64,000 bases of DNA. Source: Octopus vulgaris. Its lineage: Eukaryota. This document shows, piece by piece, positions 13,861 to 25,607 of the stretch. The translations under genes were made by a program, and so were the position numbers. The stretch lies in contig OX597821.1 of the NCBI GenBank assembly GCA_951406725.2, positions 115,506,001-115,570,000 of the forward strand. The letters are read 5' to 3'. Positions within the stretch are counted from its first letter, which is position 1. Each line of letters opens with the position of its first letter. The notes under the pieces are model-generated. The model did no database searches and had not been told where the DNA came from. It was given only the letters and a program-made list of their open reading frames with translations.

Positions 13861-15316
13861 TTACAACAAATGGCAGACTGTTCTTGTAAATTACTGGAAA
13901 ACTCCTGTATTCATTAGGAAAGTAATGTTATTGTCATGAATATACCATTTTTGTTTCTTGAATGTAGAGGAATTACAACTGTGTTTCGTGGTGTGCTACC
14001 ACAACAGCTCCTTTATAGGATCCAGTTAGCTCAAGACATCATCAGGAGGAACCACATCCGGTTTTGGCCCCTACTCCTCTACTGTTTTGACATGGCAGGG
14101 CCCCCACTTTCAGAGGTGTCTTCAGCTCTGGTGTTGGGTGCATGTCTTCTTTCTTCTGTTCCCTGGCCTCTTCGATGTATCGTCAGCAAGTGTCAGCCAG
14201 TGTCTGACTGACTTGTCAAATTTTTCCCTTTAAATACCTGCCGTGAGGCTCCAGCAGGCAGCCCCAGCAAGTTGTCACGTGACACTGTCTCACCTTAACA
14301 ACTTGCTGGTCTAAAGTCTGAATGAAAACATGCATCGACAACAAGACTAATGATATAATAATACTTGAGACTTCCAGTGAGGCAAACTATGCTTGCTTAC
14401 TTTTATTGTTTCTTTTTATATTTAACAAACATCTCACAAAATTTTATTCGAAGAAAATTACAGAATGCAAACAATGAAAAACAATAGTTTCATAAAGCTT
14501 TTTGTAACAAAATAACAATAATAATTCAGTTTGAAAACATTAGATATTTTTTAAAGATTGCCGTTTCATTCATCATAATCTCCAGTTTTTATCCCTGAAG
14601 ACATCATTTGTAGAGAGTAAGTATATTTCTATTATAACTCATTATAAAAACAGTAATATAATGCAGAGTTTCTTCTGCTGTAAACTTTGGAATGTTATTT
14701 ACATCTTTAGATAACTTGAATTTCAGGAGTTAATTTCATCTGTCCTTTTTGTAAAATAAATAACTATCACTCCTATTACAAAATGTTTTGTTTCGTTAGT
14801 CTGGTCATTTCATTCATACATTCATCTCCCTTTGATTTGCAGTGCTTATCATTTGGTTTAGTTGAAGTAAAAATATAAAGAGGTGGAAGAAAGGGAACTG
14901 TTAACTCTTCTGGTAAAAAGGATTTCGTTTTCTTTATAAAAAGTAGACTCTTTGAAGTAAGTGCAAAAAGTGTGATAAAACATAGCAATGAGACATGGAT
15001 ATTGAATTCCCAAGTCAAACACCATACGCTGTATTGTTTGGTCGTTTATTTCTAATTTCTAAATCTTTTAGCTATTTTCAGTTATAATTTCTACTCCATG
15101 TGATCCTGCTTTAGTTTTTGCCACTAACTTTTCAAGTACTTGAGACCCATATTCTGGAAATATCTTCTGCTAGTTGCCTTATTTAGGATTCTAATTGTTT
15201 TTTGTAGTTTGCTTTAGTAAATCATAAAGGTTTCTGTAGTCATTGCAGATATGTTGACAAATTGTGTTGCTCTTATATACAGACATACTTGCACATGTGT
15301 GCAAGTAAGTAAAGTG

Positions 15317-15470
15317 TTATTTACGTTATTTACAATTGACAGATATTTGTCCTCATCTTGTTTGTTGTTAAAACAACATTTCGGCTGATATACCCTCCAG
15401 CCTTCTTCAGGTGTCTTGGAGAAATTTTGAACCTGGGTTCTCATTCCTAAGGTATTTTTCGATGTTGTTA

Positions 15471-15501
<31 letters not shown>

Positions 15502-15591
15502 CATTATTATTCAGGTCACTGCCTGGAATCACACTCGGAATCTTGGGGTTAGTAGCCCACGCTCTTAACCGCTATGCCATATGTCCATGGG
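15317..15591 (-). mobile_element. tRNA-headed SINE with (AAT)n linker and hammerhead-like tail (left arm of palindrome)
   Basis: Reverse complement of 15592-15870. The minus strand reads gacacCTGAAGAaggctggagggtatatcagccGAAAtgtt. Confidence 0.8.
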
Positions 15592-15667
15592 CCCACGAGC
15601 ATATGGTGTAGTGGTTAAGAGCACAGGCTACTAACCCCAAGATTCCAAGTTCAATCTCAGGCAGTAA

Positions 15668-15715
<48 letters not shown>

Positions 15716-15905
15716 TAATAACAACATCGAAAAATACCTTAGAAATGAGAACCCAGGTTTGAAATTTCCCCAAGACACCTGATGAAGGCTGGAGAGTATA
15801 TCAGCCGAAACGTTGTTAACAACAAACAAGATGAGGACAAATATCCTTCAATTGTAAATAACGTAAATAATGTACATAATTCCTCATCTCTTAAATATAG
15901 AACTG
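15592..15905 (+). mobile_element. tRNA-headed SINE with (AAT)n linker and hammerhead-like tail (right arm of palindrome)
   Basis: A-box-like tggtgtagtggtt, B-box-like agttcaatc, (AAT)n, then gacacCTGATGAaggctg..cagccGAAAcgtt. Confidence 0.8.
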
Positions 15906-16215
15906 TATTAAGTAAAGTATGTTTAATAAGTTCATTATTTTGTTGGGGATTTCAAAATGTCTAAAGCACATTTTAAAAACATTTAATTGTATAATGGTTA
16001 TCTGATTGCAATAGTAGGCAGATTCTATTGTAAATTCTATAGTGTGTAACATATCTGTCTTAGTAGAGTGTAACATAGTACAGTGTCAAATACGTAATGT
16101 ATTAGTTACAGTGTATGATTGATTAGTTCTTTGTAAAATGAATAAATTAAATGAAATATTGTATTTTAATTAATTACTTTCAATGTAAGTTGGCAGAAAT
16201 TAATTACAACTTTAA

Positions 16216-16435
16216 CCCTTTAGTGTTTAAACCGGCTATATCCGGCCCAAATATTCTACTCATTTTATGCTCAAACTGGCCAGAACCAGTATCTCACACC
16301 CACCCTGCAATGTCATTCTAAAAATAAACAATTACATGTTTCAAATCTTGAAGCTACAAGATAATACCAGATTAATTTTTTTTAATGTAAATGAATAAGG
16401 ATTACTTCTGACATATTAATTTGAACGCTAAAGGG
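16216..16435. mobile_element. piggyBac-type MITE
   Basis: ttaa|ccctttagtgtt ... aacgctaaaggg|ttaa, giving CCC/GGG termini and a TTAA duplication. Confidence 0.9.
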
Positions 16436-17373
16436 TTAATTTCTTTTAAATGGAAGAACAGTATGTATTTAGCTTACTGAATCAACAGTAGTATATGACT
16501 AGTATTTAGTTTGAGTAGAGCTGCAGTTAGGTGAGTCAATGAAGTGTTAGCCCAAAGTTCAAAGGTTGAGAGTTGATATATTAAAGAATCGGTCCAATAC
16601 ACTACTAAAATCAAGGAGAGCACTGTATAATCGACATGCTTCCACTGTTGAGTTCACATTTCAGCATAGGGATACATTAGACAAAATGGATTCTACTAGG
16701 CTGATTTACTTAATATATACTACACAAATAAAATCTTTAGGGTCACAAACCTTCCCCTACTCCTCAAACCAGTAGTCTACGAGAGTCATAATTTGGTTTT
16801 ATATTAACCTTGAATAGATAAATGGCAAAAGTGGACTTTGGCAGAATTTCAGCCTAGCACAGTGAAGTACAGAAATAGTTATAGCAAAGTATCTCATGTG
16901 ATTATACCAGCCATCATCACTGTGCTATTTTTATAATTAACAGTAATAATTAATCTCCATGTAAAAAAAATAAAATAAAATAAAAAAAAAACAGCTCACT
17001 GGTAATTTAAAAGAAAGAAGTATTAAACCATAATATTTCAAATTTGCAGACCAATATTTAAAACAATATTGAAACAATTTCACATATATATATATATAAG
17101 AGTATCTTTCTTTTAAAACAGTTTTACTTAATTAACCAACAATATTTTTTAAATGAACTTACAGGAGATAATTATTCATAATGATTTGTTCATTCTTTCA
17201 ACCCGACTACAAGACATGTTTACACCCAATTTGTTAGTCACACTATTTGCTAGAATTTGGCACAAAATGAGAACAACCAACATTGATAATTGTTATGAAA
17301 ATGTTTTAGGAGCTAATTTGATATTAATGAATATCATTTCAAAGAGATTATAACAGTAATGGTACAGGATATT

Positions 17374-17784
17374 TTAAAAAGATTTCACGTCTTTACGGGA
17401 TTCCATCCTTGGCCTTCTGCGCAAACATGAAATAAACAAACTGCCAATATATTCTCTAGCATTCACTCTTCGGGAGGAACTCATTTTCCGCCGTTTTCCA
17501 TCTGCTGTTGGCATCAATGATTGATTATTTAATGATAAAGTTCTTAAATAATCAGGGGTAAGCTCATTTAACTTATCCCAGAACTGTACAAATCCATCAT
17601 CATGTTGGAATACTTGAGGTTTAGATTTTAAGGCTACAGAAAACGCCTGGGAATTATTCTGCAGCATATCCTCTCTGTTGCCACTTAGCAATGACTTATG
17701 AATACTAACTAGAGCTCTCTGGCAAGATTCAATAATCAGCTGGATATCCAGACATGCATGCATTGTTTTAATTGAGGTCTCGCT
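17374..17784 (-). CDS. Terminal coding exon of a host gene (putative AKAP-like protein)
   Basis: Acceptor tttttcag|AGC, phase 0. The 411-nt open frame SETSIKTMHACLDIQ...DGKRRKMSS...KDVKSF* is non-repetitive. Confidence 0.8.
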   Translation of the reverse strand, partial: SETSIKTMHACLDIQLIIESCQRALVSIHKSLLSGNREDMLQNNSQAFSVALKSKPQVFQHDDGFVQFWDKLNELTPDYLRTLSLNNQSLMPTADGKRRKMSSSRRVNAREYIGSLFISCLRRRPRMESRKDVKSF

Positions 17785-18252
17785 CTGAAAAATATGAAAA
17801 TATGAAGCATCATAACATGTGAAGTTAGTTTTACAATTCTAATACATATTTCATCCTATAATAATATTATTTCTTTCAATAATTGTGTAAAGACACATAA
17901 TGATTTTTTTAAAGCTATTATATGCTAAACAATATGCTAGAAGTATGGTATGAAAACTAAATTGCATGTTCCTAAGTAAGGTACCCAGTCTGTTGAAAAA
18001 TGAACAGCTTAGACATATTTTTGTGGAGGACTGCGAACAAACAACACCATTTGTAAGAACAGTGAAGGTTTTGTGTATTTGTGTGCAACATGTCAAAATG
18101 TAGCAAGAAGTGTGGATATGCTTTCATATTGTACAGCAAGCAAATGCCAACATCTGTATGAATGGTAAGGCTTTTGTTTATATGTGAAAACAAGGGGAAA
18201 AAAAGGAACTCACTCAAACACACATGTACATATACATACATATGGTACTCTG

Positions 18253-18553
18253 TCAATTCCAGTTTATCTGATCAATGGAACAGCCTGCTCGTGAAATTAA
18301 CATGCAAGTGGCTGAGTACTCCACAGACATGTCTACCTTTAATGTAGTTCTCAGGGAGAAATTAATATGACACAGAATGTGACAAGGCCGGTCCTTTGAA
18401 ATACAGGTACTGTTTATTTTTGACAGCTGGGTGGATTGAAGCAATGTGAAATAAAGCGTCTTGTTCAAGGACACAATGTATCACTGGGAATTGAACTCAC
18501 AGCCTTACCATCATAAGCTGAATACCTTAACCACTAAGCTAAAGGTCTTCACC
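18253..18553 (-). mobile_element. tRNA-derived CORE-like SINE (further family)
   Basis: The minus strand starts with an A-box-like ttagcttagtggttaagg and a B-box gagttcaattcc, followed by the CORE-like gtccttgaacaagacgcttta. Confidence 0.7.
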
Positions 18554-18792
18554 ATACATATATACATAGTATATTCAAAATTGGAACTGGTAACTTCCAC
18601 CATTCCTTGTCATGGATTATCATTTGAAACTCCGAATGGACATTACCTATAACTGTATTATTTATTCGATCATGGAAGTATGTAACACATACCTATCTTA
18701 CTTTGATCCTTCCCCCATTTTTGACAAACTGGTATTTACTGGTATCCTTGACTGGGAATATACCCTCATTATTACATCTCTCTGACTTATCC

Positions 18793-18880
18793 CTCTCTGA
18801 TGACGGAATTCTCAGCTTGTAGAATCCTTACTTGATACTATGATCCACATGCTTGCCTAGTCTAGAAACAGCTGTAAGAG
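18793..18880 (+). ncRNA. Type I hammerhead ribozyme motif (Penelope-like repeat end)
   Basis: ctct-CTGATGA-(long stem II region)-GAAA-CAGCTG-TA|agag. Stem I is ctct/agag, stem III is the palindrome ACAGCTGT, and the cleavage triplet is GUA. The base of stem II is imperfect. Confidence 0.6.
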
Positions 18881-19299
18881 ACTCTATGTTTATATTCTCT
18901 ATCTAAAATAAATGTCTTTTTCAAGTGATGCCAAATGTTTGCTTTTTCATTTTTACTTTAGTAGAGGACATCAGCTAATAACATCCATGCAGTGGAAATG
19001 AACTGCTAACCTTGTGGTTCAAGAGCAAACTTCATAACCACACAGCCATTACTACATCTACTTTTATAACTATTTTATTTAATTATATTATTTCTTTCTT
19101 GTCATCTTATTTACTGTATTTTACTGCAATCAGTTCTTTTATATCATCTATTGTATGTCATTTTAATTTTTTATAAATTATTTTAATACCATTTTTTATT
19201 TACCTTTTGTAGCATTGATACGACTCCCTTTCTTTTCTCTTAACCTTTCTTCCCATAAGCAAAGCCTATGGGCTCTGCTTAGGGCGATTTCAAGTAGAA

Positions 19300-19560
19300 A
19301 AGAACTTCTTATCTGCAGTTCACACCACGTATTCTTATCACTCTTTTCTCCTCAAACATCATCTGATGTTCAGCTCACTTGTGCTCAGCACTACATGCAA
19401 GTTAATGTGGCACATTTGTACTCATCTCGTTTCTCCCAAACCTGCACAGTCCTTCAACATTCACTGAGTACTGCCATGTAACATTTTTCTCTGTGCACTT
19501 GCTTCATGTAGTCTGCTTTTTGCACACAAAGAGAAACTTTTTGTTGCTTGCAAAATTAAC
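19300..19560 (-). mobile_element. Highly decayed RTE 3' fragment
   Basis: Resembles the RTE segment at 62255-62705 (catctgatg.., cacattcactg..ccatgta, gcttcatgtagtctgc). Confidence 0.5.
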
Positions 19561-20414
19561 TTCATTCATTCCTTTAGACAAAGGTTTTAAAATATGCATT
19601 TAAATAAAACAAAATATCCCTTTACCATAAACTTCAATAAATAATGAAATACAAGTTTGAGTTAAGAATATCAATGAACTTTTCTGATTGAGAAGGAGCT
19701 AATCACGTCAAGAAGGCTTCTGGTGAGCCTTCCGACAACATAAAAACCTTCTTAGGAAAGAAACTTTAATTTTCTTAATGCTTTCTCTTGATCCATAGAA
19801 GTATTTGGGCTGAGCAATGCAGCTAACAATAATACACAGAATCGCCAACACTTTCAGCAGTAAACTAAATTTCAATGTTGTCTATTTACATTGGTTGGAG
19901 CAAACAAGAGCTACTTTTCTTCTAGCTAGACATACTACAACTCTTCAACTGGTAGTTTTATAAGAACTAAAACAGCTTCAGTTAGTCTTAACAACTTAAT
20001 CTATTGGAACAAGTGTTACACACCAGCAGGGTCTCTCTATGTGGTCATTCAGTTGGTAGAAATAGCAGTTGAGTCACCTTCAAATTATATGAAAAAAGGA
20101 AGAACACAATATAGAACTAAAATCCGTGTGTATGAAAAACAAACGATATGGCAATTATAACTGGAGACATTTGATGAGGCATTTGCTGGATCTGGACTGA
20201 CATGAGTCTCAACAATAACAGAAAAACTATTCAGTCTCCATAGTTTGGTTCTTAAACTATTTCTAACTGTTTAGATGTTCTGCCACAATAAAATGAATTT
20301 TTTATGAGTGTTTTTTTTAAAGCTTAATAATCAATATTGAAAGTTTGCATCAGAATAGTTTTAAAAAATAAGAACTGATTCTTTTAGCGTAAAAGGGTGA
20401 AAAGAGAATATTAC

Positions 20415-20503
20415 CCAATGGTTGCTTTGATCATTGGGAATCCATTCTGATTCTGGTAAAGGCTGGAATAAATCTTCAAAATCTAGTTTAGATTTATCAG
20501 TCA
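20415..20503 (-). CDS. Internal coding exon of the host gene
   Basis: ttttacttccag|TG ACT GAT...CAT TGG|gtaata. Encodes (V)TDKSKLDFEDLFQPLPESEWIPNDQSNHW; phase 1 in and phase 0 out match both neighbours. Confidence 0.8.
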
Positions 20504-20804
20504 CTGGAAGTAAAAAATGTACAAGAAAAGTAATTAGTGCACCTTAAAATTATTTAAAACAGAGCAACAAATAATCCTGAAAAGATAAATGAGAGTATGC
20601 CATAAGGATCGGTCATTGGTGGAAGGACAGTCAGATTTTTATTGTCATATTGTTCTGCTCCACATCCACCATTAGTGCTACATGATTGAATCAAAAATCA
20701 AAAGTGCTATATGATTGATTATCACAGATGATTAGATCATTATTATTGCTATCAAGCCATGTATTTGACATGCAGTTTTGCTGCATCTGTCACAAGCATA
20801 TATA

Positions 20805-21175
20805 TCTATATCTATATAAACGGCAAAATGTCTGTGTGTTTGTGTGTGTGTCCTTTATACAAATCCACAATTTTTCAGTTAGAGGGCTCACACTTTCTAT
20901 GGTCATTCAAAACCGTCCAAGGGTGGTCGTGCACATCTTTACATTTCCCCAGTCACCCCGCAAAGCCATTAAAAAATCAATAGAAGTGACTTTTTTGTGA
21001 ATTTTCTATCCAAAACCCAATCAAAATGCCTGAAACTTGAAACGCCAATTGAATGCCAGCTAGCTGTATGTGATGGTCAGAGATTTGGACAGTACTCGTG
21101 TGTATGTGCGCATGCACACAGCTGTATATGCATGCACTAGCACTATGACCCAGCAACGCCAGGTCATAGTGCTAG
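20805..21175 (+). mobile_element. Non-autonomous Helitron (family H2)
   Basis: 5' TC, 3' hairpin plus CTAG; copy of 3783-4153. Confidence 0.85.
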
Positions 21176-21360
21176 TATATCTATATATAAGTACTGTACT
21201 GCTAAATGAACACCCACTAGATAAAGTTAGAAAACAATCCTTATATATGCACAGTATTATAACGATGTTTTTACTATCTGCCATATTCAAAGTGTGATTA
21301 CCATATAGATTTGTGTAAAGGTTGAAATTTTTAGGTTAAATATATAGGCTTGATTAATAC

Positions 21361-21518
21361 ATCATCATCATCATCATTTAACGTCCGTTTTCCGTGCTAG
21401 CATGGATGGGTTGGACGGTTCGACCGGGGTCTGGGAAGCCAGGAGGCTGCACCAGGCTACAATCTGATCTGACAGTGTTTCTACAGCTGGGTGCCCTTTC
21501 TAATGCCAACCACTCCAT
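21361..21518 (-). mobile_element. 5'-truncated (ATG)n-tailed SINE
   Basis: (CAT)n followed by ttaacgtccgttttccgtgctagcatgg. Confidence 0.8.
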
Positions 21519-21807
21519 AGATACTAATTTTGAGAGGATGAAATTCATGCCAGAATCCAAAATACTATATCAGTAGTAGAAGCCTAAATGACCTAACTGA
21601 ATGTTTTTAGAAAATCACTAAAAGTTATAGTAATAAAACTTATTTTACACATCTAAACATATCCTACTATGTAACAACAACCATAAATAAATCATATCCA
21701 TCACACTCAACAGACTACTTCAGTGAAATCAATTTGTCTCATAAATATTGTATATTTATTGTAACAATATGCACATAGCTGATAGCTTCTTGGCTACTGG
21801 CATATTT

Positions 21808-22210
21808 AATATTGATTTCAAAGTTTGGTACAAAGTCAGCAATTTCAGGGGAAAAGATAAGTTGGTTACATTGACCCTAGTATTCAACTGGTACTTATTT
21901 TATCAATCCCAAAAGGATGGAAGGCAAAGTCGACCCTGGCGACATTTGAACTCAGAATGTAAAGTCAGGAGAAATACCTATTTCTTTACTACCCACAAGG
22001 GGCTAAACACAGAGAGGACAAACAAGGACAGATAAACAGATTAAGTCGATTATAACGACCCCAGTGCATAACTGGTACTTAATTTATCGACCCCGAAAGG
22101 ATGAAAGGCAAGTTGACCTCGGCGGAATTTGAACTCAGAACGTAAAGTCAGGAGAAATACCTCAAAGCATTTTAACTGGTGGGGGTAACAATCCTGCCAG
22201 CTCACCACCT
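21808..22210 (-). mobile_element. Two nested or tandem tRNA-derived SINEs (gcctttcatcctttcggggtcgataa family)
   Basis: Reverse complement of the family head ggcgagctggcagaa..gagttcaaattc and its central domain, which resembles the MetaSINE-type domain (inference). Confidence 0.8.
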
Positions 22211-22409
22211 TTTTGGCATATTTAATATTAACTGTCTGGTGCATTTCATATCACAACTCTCCAGCCATATTATTTCCATATCCATGATTGGTTAAAATCA
22301 CATTCACCACAGGTCCAATATTTCAGTGCCGTACTTTTATTTCTAATTCAACACAGCTTCAGGCTTTAAAAACCAAAATGAATAAAAGATGTAGAAACAC
22401 CCCCACCAC

Positions 22410-23410
22410 TGCCCATGCAAACAAGAATCTATATCAAAATGTCTTTTTTCTCTCTGAACTGTGAACAATCCATTCACAGATCAGAGGCAGTAATGAAGCC
22501 TGCATGTTGCCTTTTTTATGTATGTTTTTTTGTTCATTGTGCATCAAGTTATTCCACTTTATTTTCATATTATCCTTAAATGGTTTACTGATAGCATCTA
22601 ATGGCTGCAAAACATTTATAAGTCCATTAGGAAAAGAAGCCATTTCAGTATATAGTGATCAGAGGCTGTCAACATTTGATGTGCTCAAAACTGATCTCAG
22701 ATCAGCAAGCCATTTTTTTTTTTTTTTTGTGGTTCACCAGATCATAAATTTCAAACTTCCTTAATACATTTTCTACATTCATCCTCATCCATCTAACACA
22801 TGGGTAATAAGTCCTGGAAAATTCTCCTTTGGCAAAGTTTTTCTGTAAAAAACAATTATTGGTTTTAACTTAGTGTGATCAGCCATACAAGTAATCCTAC
22901 TTTCCTCATGGCCAGTGGTCTTTATCAATACTGTTTCCCTTCTATTTTGGTTTACAATTCAGTTTTTTGACATGCCAAAGGTAATAGGCACTTTGTCCAT
23001 GTTCCCAATACATGATAACTTGTAGCCTTCCTATTTCCAATTTCTGATTATAAACTGGTGAAACAGTGATAAATTATCACCAAGATCTTCAGGCAACTTT
23101 TGTGCAATCTTAGCTCTCTACCAAATTCATATCGGCTCATGAACTGAGTGCATCAGTACTTGCTTTAAAATTTGGAATTCCATTCTTCTTTGCTTTCTTT
23201 TCTGCATGGATTTGGAGAGTTGTATGAGTAACTTAATTTCTATTTAGATGAATTGGTTTATCTCCATAAACACATTTTCTTTTTGGTATTGTCTGAAACT
23301 TGATTGATATCCAGTCTTTCACTAAGTTCCCTGGAATACAACACAGACATTTGTCTTCTTAGCAACTTTGATAACTTTTAGTTTTAAAGCTAAAGTATAT
23401 TTTCTGTCCT
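22410..23410 (-). pseudogene. Decayed pogo-like transposase (DDE_1)
   Basis: The minus strand gives KYTLALKLKVI.., KLPEDLGDNL, GNMDKVP, KTTGHEE, ADHTKLKPIIVF and LQPLDAISKPFKD, with many stops. Confidence 0.8.
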
Positions 23411-23412
23411 TT

Positions 23413-23643
23413 TGGCAGCGAGATGGCAGAAACGTTAGCACGACAGGCGAAATACTTAGCAGTATTTCGTCTGCCACTACGTTCTGAGTTCAAATTCCAC
23501 TGAGATCGACTTTGCCTTTCATCCTTTCAGGGTCGATTAAATAAGTACCAGTTACACACTGGGGTCGATATAATCGACTTAATCTGTTTGTCTGTCCTTG
23601 TTTGTCGTCTCTGTGTTTAGCCCCTTGGGGGTAGTAAAGAAAT
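23413..23643 (+). mobile_element. tRNA-derived SINE (same family as 37356)
   Basis: ggcagcgagatggcagaaacgttagc...gagttcaaattcc...gcctttcatcctttcagggtcg...gtagtaaagaaat. Confidence 0.88.
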
Positions 23644-23972
23644 ACACAAAATTTTAACACCTCAGTTATGCAACTATATCCCACGAATATTATAGAAGAA
23701 CTTAAGTCTGCAAAGGAATGTCATGATCTGACTTTGCTTGTTCATTAAGAAACAAAAGAAGCTTTTTTCTCTCTCAGAACTATTAACAAATGTTAAACTA
23801 TATAAATAAATATAAACACTAACATTTTACTGCAAAGTGAATATTTGGAATTTATAGGTTCCAAGGGCAAAATTTTATATATAAGTGAGCCATGGGCATT
23901 GTTTAAAAAAAATTACAGTGGGGCATTACTAAAAGAGTTTGCTGATACTTGATACAAGATACCATTACTAAC

Positions 23973-24089
23973 CTGTGTCATTTGAAATACTGGTCAACCT
24001 TTGTTTGATTTCCACCAGAACATAGCGCTGAACAGCTTGCAGCACCACACAAGAAACAAACGCTGCACAGTAATCTTCCAGATTTTCAA
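23973..24089 (-). CDS. Internal coding exon carrying an AKAP7-like amphipathic helix
   Basis: ttttattttag|TT GAA...ACA G|gttagt. Encodes ENLEDYCAAFVSCVVLQAVQRYVLVEIKQRLTSISNDT, phase 1-1. Confidence 0.8.
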
Positions 24090-25139
24090 CTAAAATAAAA
24101 GAAGAAACAAAATGAACAGAATCAATAACAATCTAGTTAAAACAAAGCAAAAAAAAAAACAACTGAATATCTGGATAGATCAAACATTTACCATATTGAT
24201 TAGCTTAGCATTTTGCTACTTCAAGTTTCATATTCTTAGGTTTCATTACTTCAAGTTTCATATTGTTAGATTATCCCTAGGGTAATCATCGGGTGAGAAT
24301 GCAGCATCAGAACTGCTAACCAAATGTATGAATGCATACAAACACAGTGTATTCATATGCATATTTATTTATGTGTGTGTGTGTGTGTATCCATGCATAC
24401 ATGACTTACCATTACTAGAATTTCTCATTTATTTATATATTTATTCATTATTGAGCCATTTAACAGGTAAAATGCTTGAAAAATGTATCCATCTATGAGT
24501 TGGGTATAGAGCTGTGAAAAGAGCTATTAGGAGAACTGTGCTGGTTTGAGTATGAAGCTGTGAAAACAGCTATGAGAGAGGAATTCACGGGGCCTCGTAA
24601 TGAATGGGGCCCCAATTTCCTCTGCCTCTTTGCAGTAATAAGGCCATTACTGAAAGAAAATTCTAAAATTTATCATGTGAACAATGAGCTCTGATTGGCT
24701 GAAATGGGATCTGCACTCATGATAAGCTTGTGATTTACATGCGATCAGAAATGAAGATGAAGTCAACTGCCATATATTTTAGTGGTAACTACTGTTTCAA
24801 AGGCATGATGAGTTGGGGACGAGGCATTTGAAAAACATGGAATTTGATAAAAAATTTTTAATATCTACTACCCCCCCACACCCCATCCATAGTATTTTGA
24901 AATAAAGGATACTATTAAATTGGAAAAATCCCTAAATCCCAAAAGAAACAGAGAAATTCCAATTTATGTGTGGCAGCTGTTCTGAAAGTCCCCCTTAGAT
25001 AAATAAAACTTTAGAATTGAATACAGAGTAAGTAAAGTTTGACAAGCTTAATACTGATCTGCTTGTGTTGGTAGGAATCAATTCTAAAACTACCATTTAT
25101 GAAACCAGAAATCTAACAATATATACAGCTTCAATTATA

Positions 25140-25548
25140 TATTGTTTAATAGGTCATCAACTGCTCTAGTATTGAAGAGTGACTGCCAATGCCGATTGTT
25201 TTTGGTGCTATTGCTTAGTTGTGGTAAGGGTAGTAGTAGCAGAACATGATGACAAAGGTAATGACAGGTCACTTGTGGTATTTCGATGAAATACCACAAG
25301 TATTCAAGGCCATGAGCTGGCAGAAACGTTAGCACGCCGGGCGAAATGCGTAGCTGTATTTCGTCTGCCATTACGTTCTGAGTTCAAATTCTGCCGAGGT
25401 CGACTTTGCCTTTCATCCTTTCGGGGTCGGTTAAATAAGTACCAGTTATGCACTGGGGGCGATGTAATCGACTTAATCCATTTGTCTGTCCTTGTTTGTC
25501 CTCTCTGTATTTATGCTAGTATTGAGAAAAGTGGCTGTGGTTGTTGTT

Positions 25549-25607
<59 letters not shown>

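Noticed and set aside
13970-14050. CTGATGA...GAAACACAGTTGTA on the minus strand, hammerhead-like
   Set aside because: No stem I pairing and no convincing stem II.
14294-14317. Possible 24-nt micro-exon (ttcag|TLDQQVVK|gtgaga) on the minus strand
   Set aside because: It lies beyond the stop-containing exon, no partner exon was found, and such short matches arise by chance.
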